Positions 22,403 through 32,907 are shown, counted from the stretch's first letter. The stretch is DNA of 64,000 nucleotides from Cardiobacteriaceae bacterium (GCA_030525785.1 JAUNEA010000004.1:69359-133358); one strand, 5' to 3'. Notes: a model not told the origin generated them from the sequence alone. A program made the numbers and translations.

Positions 22403-24103
22403 CTAATCAAAACGCTTTTTCAGATAACTCAACAAAGCTGAGCGTATCATCTCTTTACCATGAATGGCGTAATAAAGCTGGCTTTCGTCAAATAAGGTAT
22501 AACGCAAACGCCGATCCAAAGCGCTTTGCCCATAAGCAATTAAGATTTTATCGCCTTTTTGTAAAACTGTAGCAGGCGATGGCAGTAGGGTTTCTTGCCC
22601 ATTGCGTAGCAGTAACAATGGCAACACATCATGCACACTTTCAGGCTGATGAGGGTGTGTCCATAAGGTTTGCATACGCAATAAACGCCCTGAATGCAAT
22701 TCCGCCAACACAGCAGGAGCATAATTATCCTCGATACGAATCAAGGCATGGTAGGGATTACGATCAGGACAAAGCACATTGAGGCTGGCAAGCAAGCGCT
22801 TTCCCCAGCCCTCATCTTGATGAGCGACTAAAGTTAAAAATCTCCACAAAAGAGGGCGTGCAATGTAGGGAAATGCTTGGCTAACAATCAGCTCATCCTC
22901 TTCCATCACGCGATCAAAGCCTGCTACCGCAAACAATTGCCGATTAGCACTGCGATTTTGTTTTCCAACCACAAACAGCGAAGGATCCATATTTTTGGCC
23001 ATCATAGCGATACTGAGATTATCTGTATCAGAGCTTTGTGCCGCGACAATGGCTTGAGCGCGATCAATACGTGCTTGGCGCAAAGTTACAGCTTCTGTTC
23101 CCATACCTTGCACAGTGGTGCTGGTATTTTCCAAGCGTGGATCTACCACGATATGATCTACACCTTCATAATCCAGAAAGCGCTTTAACGTTCTCCCCAG
23201 TGAATCGTTACCACAAATAATCCAACGCCCTAATGGAGGCTTAGGTGGCACTTCCACCACCTCACCTCTCTGACCATGAAATCGCATCAAAACATCTGCC
23301 AATGAAGGTCGTCGCAACGCCATAATCAACCGTTCAGTAAAAATGCGGTTGGTATTAATCACCATCACATGATTGCCAAGCGCTTTGGCAGTAGCACTGC
23401 CTGCTCGGGTGCTGGTACGGCATAAAATTTTAAACTGATGGTGACTAGAGGAAAGCAAATTGGCAGTCAATGCCACTTTCAAATTTACCTTCTCATCACT
23501 GGTTATCGCCACAACAGCCCGACAATAAGGCGAACGAACTCCCGCACGTTCTAATGTTTGCACATCTTCTGCGTCAGCTTCCAATGCCAACACGCGATCC
23601 AGCAAAGGGTCAAGGCTCATTTTGCGCACACGACTTGCATCTTTTTCAATCACCACGCATTGGAATCCTTCATTACGCAATTGATGCACCAATCTCTGAC
23701 CTGATTCGCCAAAGCCGCAAATAATGCAAAATTTTTCCTTTAATTTTTCCACATCTGCGGTAAAACGCCCTTCACGCAACGCCTGTTGGAAGGTTGTATC
23801 TTGCAACAGCGCTACAATTTTACCAATGGCGTAAAACCACGCTGGCACAGTGTAATAAATGCTAAACGTAACCCAAAGCCGTTGCCATTCTGAATAAGCT
23901 TGTGGCAATTCGCCATAGCCAATCGTGGTTGCGGTATAGCTGACCCAGTAAAATGCTTGTGCAAAGCTTAAGCGCATTGGCTCACCTTGTTCATCAAGCC
24001 CTGGTAGAGAAACCATACCCAAAATGGCGATTGTATAAGCCCCTAACAACAATAAGGCAGGTCTCCGTGCTTCGCGCAAAATGAGATAAATCACTTCATT
24101 CAT
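22403..24103 (-). CDS. potassium channel protein with two RCK/TrkA-N domains
   Basis: TM helices flank the selectivity filter TTIGYGE. Two Rossmann RCK domains follow (IICGFGESGQRL; VICGNDSLGRTL). Confidence 0.75.
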   Translation of the reverse strand: MNEVIYLILREARRPALLLLGAYTIAILGMVSLPGLDEQGEPMRLSFAQAFYWVSYTATTIGYGELPQAYSEWQRLWVTFSIYYTVPAWFYAIGKIVALLQDTTFQQALREGRFTADVEKLKEKFCIICGFGESGQRLVHQLRNEGFQCVVIEKDASRVRKMSLDPLLDRVLALEADAEDVQTLERAGVRSPYCRAVVAITSDEKVNLKVALTANLLSSSHHQFKILCRTSTRAGSATAKALGNHVMVINTNRIFTERLIMALRRPSLADVLMRFHGQRGEVVEVPPKPPLGRWIICGNDSLGRTLKRFLDYEGVDHIVVDPRLENTSTTVQGMGTEAVTLRQARIDRAQAIVAAQSSDTDNLSIAMMAKNMDPSLFVVGKQNRSANRQLFAVAGFDRVMEEDELIVSQAFPYIARPLLWRFLTLVAHQDEGWGKRLLASLNVLCPDRNPYHALIRIEDNYAPAVLAELHSGRLLRMQTLWTHPHQPESVHDVLPLLLLRNGQETLLPSPATVLQKGDKILIAYGQSALDRRLRYTLFDESQLYYAIHGKEMIRSALLSYLKKRFD

Positions 24104-24152
24104 CAGCTCTCCTCACACCAAAGCGCTTCACTTAATTTCAGCATCAACCATT

Positions 24153-24530
24153 TCAACGCCAAAAACTTGCAGATTCAATCATCAACAATACCACCGAAAT
24201 AGCATTGGCAATCATGGCTCCTGCCGCAAAAGAAACAACGGTAGACATGCTGGTAGGTTCAATTGCCCCCGAATGAAATGCCCAAACCATAATTGCTACC
24301 AATAATTGCACATCAGCCACCAAGCTGGTTGCCAATAACAATGCACCTAAAGGTGAACGATCGCCGAATTTTAAAATCGTACACACAATACTCACCACAA
24401 AAGCAGCAAATAATTCCAAAGCATCATGATGGGCAGGATTATCAATATCGCCATAGACAAAACCAAAATTTAAGGTCAGCGCTAAAATAACAAAAAAACC
24501 AAACCATATTCTCTCATTACGCATCATCAA
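24153..24530 (-). CDS. small hydrophobic membrane protein, unknown function
   Basis: 125 aa with ~4 TM segments. No recognisable motif. Confidence 0.4.
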   Translation of the reverse strand: MMMRNERIWFGFFVILALTLNFGFVYGDIDNPAHHDALELFAAFVVSIVCTILKFGDRSPLGALLLATSLVADVQLLVAIMVWAFHSGAIEPTSMSTVVSFAAGAMIANAISVVLLMIESASFWR

Positions 24531-24738
24531 CTCCTGTTAAGCCAAGCCATGACTTGCCTTGCTATGGCTTTATAAATCCCAAAAGTAAAAATTATCGCAC
24601 AAAGCGCTTTGGCAAAACATCAAAGCAAAGCGCTTTGGCGGTATAAACTCTATTCAGTATCAGGTATAATTTTCACAATTTTTGCCCAATACATTCAGGG
24701 CAATGCCTTCCCATCAAACATCATAAAGGGGCGTTAAG

Positions 24739-25572
24739 ATGACAAAAATTATTGTGGTTACCTCAGGAAAAGGCGGCGTGGGAAAAACCACCACCAGCGT
24801 TAATATCGCGGTGGGTTTTGCGAAACGTGGCAAGAAAACTTGCGTGGTTGATTTTGACGTGGGTTTACGCAATGTGGATTTATTACTCGGTTTGGAGAGG
24901 AGAGTTATTTACGACTCAATCCAAGTGATTGAGAAAAAAGCTAGACTCAACCAAGCTCTCATTCATTATAACCGTGAAGGGCTAGGCAATGATTTGCTTA
25001 CAATGTTGGCAACTTCTCAAACCAGCGATAAAAATGCCTTAACCAAAGAAGGCATTGAAGAAATTTTCAATGAACTCAAAGAAATGGGTTATGAATACAT
25101 CATTTGCGATAGCCCAGCAGGCATTGAACATGGCGCTGAAATGGCAATGTATTTTGCTGATGAGGCGGTGATTGTCGTCAATCCTGAGATTTCTTCCATT
25201 CGTGATTCTGATCGCATTGTGGGCATCATTGACAGCAAAACCAAGCGTTCCGAAATGGGTTTACCACCTATGCCAAAACATTTGGTGATTACGCGTTATC
25301 ACCCTGAGCGCGTTGAAGCAGGCGAGTTGATGGGAACGGATCAAATTTTGCGTGTTTTGGCTCTTAAATTACAAGGCATTATTCCTGAAAGCCCCGATGC
25401 AGTTGTTTCTTCCAATCAGGGTATTCCGATGGCGTTAAATCCAAGCAGCGAAGCAGGTCAAGCTTATTTGGATTTTGTTGATCGCTTGATGGGCGATGAT
25501 AACCTCCCTTTCCGTTTTATTGAGCCTCAGCCGTTATCTATTTGGAAACGCCTATTAGGTCTTGGAAAATAA
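24739..25572 (+). CDS. minD: septum site-determining ATPase MinD
   Basis: MTKIIVVTSGKGGVGKTTTS deviant Walker A, and a C-terminal amphipathic membrane-targeting tail (IWKRLLGLGK). Confidence 0.9.
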   Translation: MTKIIVVTSGKGGVGKTTTSVNIAVGFAKRGKKTCVVDFDVGLRNVDLLLGLERRVIYDSIQVIEKKARLNQALIHYNREGLGNDLLTMLATSQTSDKNALTKEGIEEIFNELKEMGYEYIICDSPAGIEHGAEMAMYFADEAVIVVNPEISSIRDSDRIVGIIDSKTKRSEMGLPPMPKHLVITRYHPERVEAGELMGTDQILRVLALKLQGIIPESPDAVVSSNQGIPMALNPSSEAGQAYLDFVDRLMGDDNLPFRFIEPQPLSIWKRLLGLGK

Positions 25573-25608
25573 TGAGCAAATGCCTAAACAATTCTAAGGA
25601 GGTTTTAT

Positions 25609-25893
25609 ATGAGTTTTTTATCCAGTTTAAGTGAGCGCTTTGCCAACAAACCCAAAAGCAACAGCGCCCAAGAAGCGACTAATCGCTTAACGCAAATGAC
25701 ACTTCAAGTGCGTGGCGAAATTGATTACAACACACGTAAGAGCATTGAAGATGCGGTGTATCAAATTTTGGTTGGACGAGGTTATCGTATTGAACGCAAT
25801 GATGTTCATATGGAAATCAAACGACAACATGATAATGCCACCATTGATGTCGCGGTGAATGTGAACAATCTCAATTCACAAGGAACGCCCTAA
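25609..25893 (+). CDS. minE: cell division topological specificity factor MinE
   Basis: 94 aa, MSFLSSLSERFANKPK... N-terminus and an overall MinE-like pattern. Immediately downstream of minD. Confidence 0.7.
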   Translation: MSFLSSLSERFANKPKSNSAQEATNRLTQMTLQVRGEIDYNTRKSIEDAVYQILVGRGYRIERNDVHMEIKRQHDNATIDVAVNVNNLNSQGTP

Positions 25894-26441
25894 TGTTGGA
25901 TACACTGTTAAGCCGCCGTTCGGTTCGCAAATTTACCCACAAAGCTCCTAGCGATTTTGAAATCGAGCTGATGTTACAGGCAGCCAGCCAAGTGCCTGAC
26001 CATGGCAATTTAATGCCTTATCGTTTTGTAGTGATCACACGACACCAAAATCGCAAACGTTTTCAAGAACTTTTGGAACAAAGCGCTGGCGATGACAGTG
26101 CATTACAACAAAAAGCAAAGCGCTTAGCAGAGATGTCGCCTTTGGTGATTGTGGTGGTCTCTAAGCCTGTGTTGCAAGGGGAAGTGGTCAAGCCCAAATG
26201 GGAACAAGAGCTGACCGCAGGCTTAGCTGCTTTTAGCGTGCAATTGGCAGCCAAAGCTCAAGGCTATGATAGCATTTGGCTTTCTCCACGCTGGGCGATT
26301 GAGGGTTCGCTGATGCGCGAAAGTCTAGGCTGTGGCAATGATGATCGCATCATTGCGCTGTTGATGATTGGTGAGGCAGAAACGGCTGTCTCTGGTGCGA
26401 AAAATACCGATGTCAGCGCTTTAACACTCTCATTCCAATAA
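25893..26441 (+). CDS. nitroreductase-family protein
   Basis: 182 aa, LSRRSVRKF motif at N-terminus typical of the NADH oxidase/nitroreductase fold. Confidence 0.75.
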   Translation: MLDTLLSRRSVRKFTHKAPSDFEIELMLQAASQVPDHGNLMPYRFVVITRHQNRKRFQELLEQSAGDDSALQQKAKRLAEMSPLVIVVVSKPVLQGEVVKPKWEQELTAGLAAFSVQLAAKAQGYDSIWLSPRWAIEGSLMRESLGCGNDDRIIALLMIGEAETAVSGAKNTDVSALTLSFQ

Positions 26442-26463
26442 GCACTCACACTCAGCTCCATCT

Positions 26464-26500
26464 AAAAAGCGCTTTGTGAAAGTAGCAAAGCGCTTTTTAC
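26464..26500. terminator. bidirectional terminator (AAAAAGCGCTTTG ... CAAAGCGCTTTTT)
   Basis: Inverted pair of the 12-mer with a 9-nt loop, flanked by A-run and T-run, between convergent genes. Confidence 0.4.
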
Positions 26501-26534
26501 TTATCCACAATTTCTGTGGACAACTTTTCCTCTA

Positions 26535-27284
26535 TCATTCAGGCAAGGGGCGACTCAAAAATCGTCGTACTTCCTCCGCAAATGCCGCCGCACGCCAAGT
26601 ATTGCTTGCGGTAATATGGCTGGCAGCAGGCATTACCCACAACTCCGCATGTGGAATGACTCGATACATCGCCAACACATCATCAAGCGGCGCAACTGGA
26701 TCACGATCGCCTGTAATCAACAAGACAGGCATCTTCAAACGTTCCAAAGCGCTTAGCTCATGGTCGTGAGCGCTGGTTTCAGGATCAAGAGATTCACTCA
26801 CACGTTGAATAACCATTTTCCATGCCTCTGCCCCACCCTGTGGCTCATGGATTTTAGACAACCAACTTTGCAAACCAAATTGTTGCCAGTAAGCAGGGTC
26901 TGCCATTTGCCGCGTTTGGGCATAGGTCGCAGGGTTTTTGTGGTAGCTGATGCGATAAATAATGGCACGTTTGACGCGTTCAGGGTGATGCACTGCAAGC
27001 CACAAAGCCGTTGCCCCCCCCATCGAAGAGCCACACACATTGACCTTCTCAATCCCCAGCTCATCTAACATCGCCAACACAGCACGACCCAAGCCATCAA
27101 TACTCAATTTTTCACCCGCAGGCAAAGCGCTTTGTCCATGCCCAAGTAAATCAGGCACAATCACATAGTAACGCTCCTGCCATAAGGGAATCTGCGGTTG
27201 CCATTCCACGCCAGCCATACCGCCACTATGCAACAGCAACAACGGCTGATGCTCACGCGAGCCAAAAGTTTGATAATAAAGCAT
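26535..27284 (-). CDS. alpha/beta hydrolase-fold protein
   Basis: LLLLHSGGMAG...GHGQS, GSSMGG nucleophile elbow. Start placed at the ATG that overlaps the prmB stop (TAATG). Confidence 0.75.
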   Translation of the reverse strand: MLYYQTFGSREHQPLLLLHSGGMAGVEWQPQIPLWQERYYVIVPDLLGHGQSALPAGEKLSIDGLGRAVLAMLDELGIEKVNVCGSSMGGATALWLAVHHPERVKRAIIYRISYHKNPATYAQTRQMADPAYWQQFGLQSWLSKIHEPQGGAEAWKMVIQRVSESLDPETSAHDHELSALERLKMPVLLITGDRDPVAPLDDVLAMYRVIPHAELWVMPAASHITASNTWRAAAFAEEVRRFLSRPLPE

Positions 27285-28180
27285 TAGTCTAACCACCCTG
27301 CCAAATTCCATGCATGCAATTCATCAGCACGAATCACACAAACCCCAACACCGCCACGCTCAAAGCTGACCCAATCAAAGTCACACTCAGGAAAAGCCTC
27401 TTCCAACAGTTGCCCTGTCATGCCCACTTCTAAAATCAAAATGCCATCATCCTGCAAATAATGGGCAGCTTCTCGCAACAAACGGCGCGTAAAATCTAAG
27501 CCATCAGCCCCTGAAACCAAAGCATGGCGTGGCTCATGATGATACTCCTCCGCAATCTCCTCCATTTCCTCTTCCTCCACATAAGGAGGATTGCACAAAA
27601 TCACATCAAATTTGCCCTCAACAGCGCTTAAACCATCGCCTTGCACAATCTCTACCCAATCTTCCACGCCAAAGCGCTTTGCATTGATAGCCGCCACTTC
27701 CAAAGCATCAGCATCAATATCGGATAAAACCAAAGATGCCTCTGGCTGATGCGATAACGCCACCAAACCAATACAACCACTCCCACAGCATAAATCCAAA
27801 ATCCGATGCACTTCGCCCTGATGATAGGGGGCATAATTTTTCTCAATCAATTCAACGATAGGAGAACGAGGGATTAACACACGCTCATCAACATAAAATT
27901 CCAAACCGCCGTAAAGTGTGCGATTGGTGAGATAAGGAACGGGGATTTTATCTACCACGCGCTTTTGCATCGCCTCGATAAGGCTTTGTTTTTCCTCATC
28001 TGTTAATCGTGTATGCCAAGCGCTTTGTGGCCAATCATAAGGCAAATGCAACAAGCCCAAGACCAAAGCCACTGCCTCATCAAAAGCATTATCCGTTCCA
28101 TGACCATAATAAAGCTCATGCCGCTGAAACTGTGAGGTAAAAAAACGAATCCAATCAAAAAGTGTTTGTAAATTTTGCAT
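27284..28180 (-). CDS. prmB: ribosomal protein L3 N5-glutamine methyltransferase
   Basis: 298 aa; SAM motif LDLCCGSGCIG and the NPPY catalytic motif. Confidence 0.85.
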   Translation of the reverse strand: MQNLQTLFDWIRFFTSQFQRHELYYGHGTDNAFDEAVALVLGLLHLPYDWPQSAWHTRLTDEEKQSLIEAMQKRVVDKIPVPYLTNRTLYGGLEFYVDERVLIPRSPIVELIEKNYAPYHQGEVHRILDLCCGSGCIGLVALSHQPEASLVLSDIDADALEVAAINAKRFGVEDWVEIVQGDGLSAVEGKFDVILCNPPYVEEEEMEEIAEEYHHEPRHALVSGADGLDFTRRLLREAAHYLQDDGILILEVGMTGQLLEEAFPECDFDWVSFERGGVGVCVIRADELHAWNLAGWLD

Positions 28181-28301
28181 CGCAATGGCGCTCCGCTCTG
28201 TTAAAATTTTCGGGTTTTGTAAAAATGGAAGTCATTGTAGCGAAACTCTTCCATCTTCGGCTATTTTTCATCAAATTAAATCTCTTATCTTTAGGATTCA
28301 T

Positions 28302-29378
28302 ATGCATCAAAAAAATCTACAGCCTGCTTATTTTTTTATGTATTTGGTTATCGCCTTACTCGTGCTGATGCTGATTCATGGATTAAGCTCTGTGATGATG
28401 CCCTTTATTTGGGCTTTTGTTTTGGCTTACTTAGGAAGCCCAATGGTTAGGAAATTAGAATCCACAAAGCGCTTTGGGCGAACTCGTGCAGTAATTGTGG
28501 TATTTTCCATGATTTTTCTTTTATTTTGGTTTGCCTTATTGATTATTCTTCCTTTAATCGGTGGGCAATTCTCAGCTTTGATGGCAAAATTACCCAATTA
28601 TTTACAATGGTTTGATTCGCATCTTTTACAACCTATTGCCAAACTCTTTAACCTTGAAAACGATTATTGGAAAGGCGAGAATCTCGCTCTTTTCCTCCAG
28701 CAACATATTGGCTCATCTAGCAAAATTATCAGCTCACTAGGCAGCCATTTAATTGGCTCAGCAGGAACAATCATCAGCTTTTTCAGCTATGCTATTCTGA
28801 TCCCTGTAATTACCTTTTATTTGATGTGCGATTGGGAGAAACTGCTGTTTAAAATTAGCGAGATGATTCCTAGAAAATACGAAATAACTTTTCGCCATTT
28901 AGCCCAACAATCGGATTATGTTTTGGGCGAATTTTTTCGTGGTCAATTGATGGTCATGCTTGCCTTAGCTATTCTCTATGCTTTAGGGTTAAGCGCTTTG
29001 GGGTTGGACATGGCAATTGCTTTAGGATTCTTTGCAGGATTGATTAGTTTTGTACCCTATTTAGGCTTAATTATTGGTATTACTTTTGCAGGTATTTTAG
29101 CAATTTTACAATTCCAAGATATTTGGCACCCTTTAGGCGTAGTATTAGTTTTCACCATAGCTCAAACCATCGAGGCTACGGTTCTCACGCCAAAACTGGT
29201 GGGGGATCGCACAGGGCTACACCCTGTCACCGTGATGTTTGCCTTGCTGGCAGGCGGTCAATGGTTTGGCTTTACAGGCATTTTGGTCGCCCTCCCTGTA
29301 GCCGCTGTTTTGAATGTCATTCTTTCTTACTACAAACAACGCTATCTCGCTAGCGATTTCTATCTTTCCCAACCTTAA
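28302..29378 (+). CDS. AI-2E family transporter (PerM/YdiK-like)
   Basis: 8 TM helices with AI-2E family layout. Start placed at ATG 28302 (MHQKNLQ...); the tracked ORF begins upstream at a non-ATG codon. Confidence 0.8.
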   Translation: MHQKNLQPAYFFMYLVIALLVLMLIHGLSSVMMPFIWAFVLAYLGSPMVRKLESTKRFGRTRAVIVVFSMIFLLFWFALLIILPLIGGQFSALMAKLPNYLQWFDSHLLQPIAKLFNLENDYWKGENLALFLQQHIGSSSKIISSLGSHLIGSAGTIISFFSYAILIPVITFYLMCDWEKLLFKISEMIPRKYEITFRHLAQQSDYVLGEFFRGQLMVMLALAILYALGLSALGLDMAIALGFFAGLISFVPYLGLIIGITFAGILAILQFQDIWHPLGVVLVFTIAQTIEATVLTPKLVGDRTGLHPVTVMFALLAGGQWFGFTGILVALPVAAVLNVILSYYKQRYLASDFYLSQP

Positions 29379-29382
29379 CATT

Positions 29383-30132
29383 ATGATGACTCTGAAATCT
29401 CTCTCTCTCTCACTCTGCGCCTCGCTATTGCTTGGCTGCCAAAGCGCTTTGGATAAAGAAGGCTATGCTTATGACCCCTTCGAACCTACCAATCGCGCCA
29501 TTTTTGCCTTCAATCAACAGCTGGATAATATCGTCCTCCAACCTATTGCCACAGGCTATCAAACGATTATGCCTGATGTGGCTCAGACAGGTGTGCGCAA
29601 TGTCGTCAGCAATCTTGATGATGTCTCCAGCCTTGCCAACAGCTTGTTACAAGGCAAATTTCATCAAAGCTTACGTATTGCCACACGCATTGTCAGCAAT
29701 AGCGTTTTCGGCTTAGGCGGCTTGATTGATGTGGCAAGCCATATGAATAATCCCAAAATCAAAACCGATTTTGGCGCAACGCTCGCCCATTACGGTGTTG
29801 AATCTGGCGCATTCATCATGATTCCAATACTAGGGCCCAGCACTTTGCGTGATGGTTTTGGCAATGGAGTTGATGCCTTGACTACCTCTCCCCTTGCTTA
29901 CAGCTCCGATGTCGGCATGCGTGTTGGTGTTACAGCTGCTGGCAAAATACAACAACGCGCAGATTTATTGGGCAAAGAAAGCTTGTTGGAAACCAGCCCC
30001 GATCCCTATGCCACCATGCGTGATGTTTGGCTGCAACACCGTTTTGGTCAGCTAGGATTTGTCGTTGAAGAGCCTGAATTTGATGATGAACCCACGCAAA
30101 GCGCTTTGCCCACCACAGGACATGAGCCATGA
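29383..30132 (+). CDS. mlaA: MlaA/VacJ-family outer-membrane lipoprotein
   Basis: Lipobox LLLGC after signal peptide, with a MlaA-like body (PFEPTNRAIFAFNQQLD...). Confidence 0.8.
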   Translation: MMTLKSLSLSLCASLLLGCQSALDKEGYAYDPFEPTNRAIFAFNQQLDNIVLQPIATGYQTIMPDVAQTGVRNVVSNLDDVSSLANSLLQGKFHQSLRIATRIVSNSVFGLGGLIDVASHMNNPKIKTDFGATLAHYGVESGAFIMIPILGPSTLRDGFGNGVDALTTSPLAYSSDVGMRVGVTAAGKIQQRADLLGKESLLETSPDPYATMRDVWLQHRFGQLGFVVEEPEFDDEPTQSALPTTGHEP

Positions 30133-31064
30133 GCAAACTCAGCCACCATCAACAGCGCCGCATTTCCCAAAAGCAACAGCATAAACTGCTCGATGGCGAA
30201 ACAGCCATTGTGGTTACCCATCTTGGCTTCCACTATCTTCTTGATGTATCAGGAGAAGTTGTGATAGCAACGGCGCGTAAACATTTAGATGCTATTGCTT
30301 GCAATGATAAAGTGGTTATCAGTCGTACGGGGCAAGATGTGGTGATTGAGGCAATTGCGCCTCGCAACAATGTATTATCCAAATGGCAAGGGAGGCGCGA
30401 ACGCCCTATTGCTGCTAATGCTGAGCAGCTTTTGATTGTGGTTGCAATTGAACCTGAACCACAAACCACGCTGATTGACCGCTATCTCATTGCTGCCGAA
30501 CGCTCTGGTTTACAAAGCGCTTTGGTGGTGAATAAAATTGATTTAAATCCTAATGCACTCAAAGATTTACTAGCACCCTATCAGGCGTTAAATTTACCTA
30601 TTTTCCCCATTAGCTTAAAACATCAAATAGGCTTAAGCGCTTTGACAACTTGGCTTTCTGGCAAAACAACTCTGATTTGTGGTCAATCAGGCGTTGGCAA
30701 ATCAAGCCTTATTCAACATTACCAACCTGAAGTCGATATTTGGACACAAGCCATCTCCGAAATCAACAAACTTGGCAAACACACAACCACCAATATGCGC
30801 CGTTATCCTATCAACTCAGAAACCATTTTGATTGATACACCTGGTGTGCGCGGTTACTCGGTTAGCCATTTGACAGCAAAAGAAATTCTCTCTGGCTTTC
30901 CTGATGTACTGGCGCATCAACCTTGTCGTTTCAACGATTGCCGTCATCAAAATGAGCCAGATTGCGCTATCCTAAGCGCTTTGGAGCAAGGGCTAATTTT
31001 CCAAAGCCGCTACCAAAGCCTGATGCAAATGCTTAGCGAATGCGAACCAAAGCTTAAAGGATAA
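30129..31064 (+). CDS. rsgA: ribosome small-subunit-dependent GTPase A
   Basis: Circularly permuted GTPase with N-terminal OB region, G4-G1-G3 order (VNKIDL...GQSGVGKSSL...DTPG) and C-terminal Cys/His zinc cluster. Confidence 0.88.
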   Translation: MSKLSHHQQRRISQKQQHKLLDGETAIVVTHLGFHYLLDVSGEVVIATARKHLDAIACNDKVVISRTGQDVVIEAIAPRNNVLSKWQGRRERPIAANAEQLLIVVAIEPEPQTTLIDRYLIAAERSGLQSALVVNKIDLNPNALKDLLAPYQALNLPIFPISLKHQIGLSALTTWLSGKTTLICGQSGVGKSSLIQHYQPEVDIWTQAISEINKLGKHTTTNMRRYPINSETILIDTPGVRGYSVSHLTAKEILSGFPDVLAHQPCRFNDCRHQNEPDCAILSALEQGLIFQSRYQSLMQMLSECEPKLKG

Positions 31065-31068
31065 CCTC

Positions 31069-31377
31069 ATGAATTATGAACACAATCTCCGCCAACTCGA
31101 ACACATCATTGCCCAACTAGAACGTGGCGAATTGCCTTTGGAAGAGGCACTACAAACCTATGAGCAAGGCATTGCTTTGCTTCGCTCTTGCCAAAGTCAA
31201 TTAAAACAAGCCGAACAACGGATTTTGGTGTTACAAAATGCATCGTTAGAGCCCTATCCTCAAAGCGCTTTGAGCCAAAATCCAACCTCTAACCCTGAAC
31301 CAACTACCAAAAAATCCAGAAGCAAATCGCCACCTACGCCTTCTTTACTATCCACCGATGATCATCTCCCTTTCTAA
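31069..31377 (+). CDS. xseB: exodeoxyribonuclease VII small subunit
   Basis: 102 aa coiled-coil protein with XseB-like N-terminus (LRQLEHIIAQLERGELPLEEAL). Confidence 0.85.
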   Translation: MNYEHNLRQLEHIIAQLERGELPLEEALQTYEQGIALLRSCQSQLKQAEQRILVLQNASLEPYPQSALSQNPTSNPEPTTKKSRSKSPPTPSLLSTDDHLPF

Positions 31378-31400
31378 CCTCAAAATCATAAGGAACCATC

Positions 31401-32249
31401 ATGCACGATTATGCCGAACGTATTGAATCCGTTCTTATCCAAGCATTACACGGACGTGGGCGTGTATTTGAGGCAATGCGCTACAGCACGCTGGGCGGTG
31501 GTAAACGCTTACGCGCAGCATTGGTCTATCGAACAGGAGAATCTTTTGGGCTTTCTTTGAACGATTTAGACCATAGTGCTGCCGCCGTTGAATTGGTTCA
31601 TGCCTATTCCTTGATTCACGATGATTTGCCCGCTATGGATAACGATGATTTTCGGCGTGGCAAACCCAGTAACCATAAAGCTTTTGATGAACCAACTGCC
31701 ATTTTAGCAGGCGATGCACTCAATACCCTCGCCTTTGAAATTCTTGCAAAAAGCGCTTTGCCAGACTCGGTCAAAATCCAACATATCCAAACGCTGGCTC
31801 ATGCCATTGGGGCTATGGGCATGGTAGGTGGGCAAATGCTTGATATGCAATCTACAACAAACGAATTGAATGAAGCTCAACTTACTCAACTTCACCAAAT
31901 GAAAACTGGCGCACTGATTCAAGCCTCTCTCTTACTTGGCGCACAATACTCCCCACTCTACCCCCAACATCAAGCAACCTTAAGCGCTTTGGGTCAAGGC
32001 TTGGGGCTGTTGTATCAGGTTCAAGATGATGTATTAGACTGCATATCCGATAAAAAAACACTTGGAAAAACAGTTGGTAAAGACAAAGAACAAGGCAAAA
32101 ATACGTTTGTTCGTTTGTGGGGGCTATCGGAATGTGAACGCTGGCTGGGGCAGCAATTGCTCTATCTCAAAGCGCTTTGCGCTACCCTCCCTCAAAATGG
32201 CGTGCCTTTGTGGAGTTTGATTGAATACATCGGTAAACGTAAGTTCTAA
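31401..32249 (+). CDS. ispA: (2E,6E)-farnesyl diphosphate synthase
   Basis: Two aspartate-rich motifs (LIHDDLPAMDNDDFRRGK; QVQDDVLD) in a trans-prenyltransferase fold. Follows xseB. Confidence 0.9.
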   Translation: MHDYAERIESVLIQALHGRGRVFEAMRYSTLGGGKRLRAALVYRTGESFGLSLNDLDHSAAAVELVHAYSLIHDDLPAMDNDDFRRGKPSNHKAFDEPTAILAGDALNTLAFEILAKSALPDSVKIQHIQTLAHAIGAMGMVGGQMLDMQSTTNELNEAQLTQLHQMKTGALIQASLLLGAQYSPLYPQHQATLSALGQGLGLLYQVQDDVLDCISDKKTLGKTVGKDKEQGKNTFVRLWGLSECERWLGQQLLYLKALCATLPQNGVPLWSLIEYIGKRKF

Positions 32250-32323
32250 TCTCCCAAAACTGCTCTGTGCCATATTTTTGCCATAAAGCTGGAGGTGGTA
32301 GATCTCCTGTGATTTTTTTGGGG

Positions 32324-32350
32324 AAGTGTAACCGAGTTACACTTTTATTT
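32324..32350 (+). terminator. perfect 9-bp inverted repeat hairpin + T-rich tail downstream of ispA
   Basis: AAGTGTAAC CGA GTTACACTT followed by TTATTTT. Confidence 0.4.
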
Positions 32351-32439
32351 TAGGGAGTAGTTACACTTCTCCAATCCCCCTTACTGATAAGAATAATGCT
32401 CATCAAACCACTGAACATTATCAAAGCGATTGGGGGCTG

Positions 32440-32907
32440 ATGGTTTATCAATCCTTTGGGGCTTTAGGGCTGGTGGCGTGCGTTTATTGGTTTGGTTCTT
32501 TATTTGCTGAGCAAATTAGAGCGGAGCAATCCTCTTTTCCGTTTTTAGAAATCATTGGCGAATCAGGCGCTGGCAAAACCACGCTAATTGAATTTTTATG
32601 GAAACTATTTGGGCGAGAAGATGAAGAAGGATTTGATCCTAATAAATGGTCAAGCGTTGGTAATTGGCGTAAATTAGCGCAATGGAGTAATCAGCCATCG
32701 GTTTTTATTGAGGCAGATAGAGATGACAGTAATCATCAAAAGCGCTTTGATTGGGAAAGCATTAAATCCTTTTATAACGGACGTGGATTGCGCGGAACAG
32801 GTCAAAAGAGCCATGATAACAATACGCAAGAAGCGGATTTTAGAGGTGCTTTAGTACTTGCCCAAAATGCGCCTGTGAATGCGAGTGAAGCAGACCTATT
32901 TTTATAA
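32440..32907 (+). pseudogene. truncated ATPase-core fragment of a phage/plasmid primase-helicase (P4-alpha / D5 superfamily-3 helicase type)
   Basis: 155 aa ORF. It has Walker A GESGAGKTT, a candidate Walker B VFIEAD, and a C-terminal segment IKSFYNGRGL...FRGALVLAQNAPV whose pattern matches the [IL]KSLTGGD ... helicase motif C (conserved N) region of D5/P4-type helicases. No primase domain is present and only ~190 bp separate it from ispA, so it can only be a remnant. Confidence 0.4.

Noticed and set aside
28185-28301. N-terminal 39-codon extension of the AI-2E transporter ORF, and similar extensions at EamA (19902), tsaE (46652), rpoN (56856) and the Roadblock paralog B (45872..45976)
   Set aside because: The extensions begin at TTG or lack an RBS. 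Downstream ATGs have good RBS spacing and match homolog N-termini.
32324-32370. Recurrence of the heptamer GTTACAC in the post-ispA inverted repeats, the purF upstream region (13411) and the first 7 nt of the CRISPR repeat
   Set aside because: Too short to be significant on its own. Noted only as a possible trace of repeat decay, not called as a feature.
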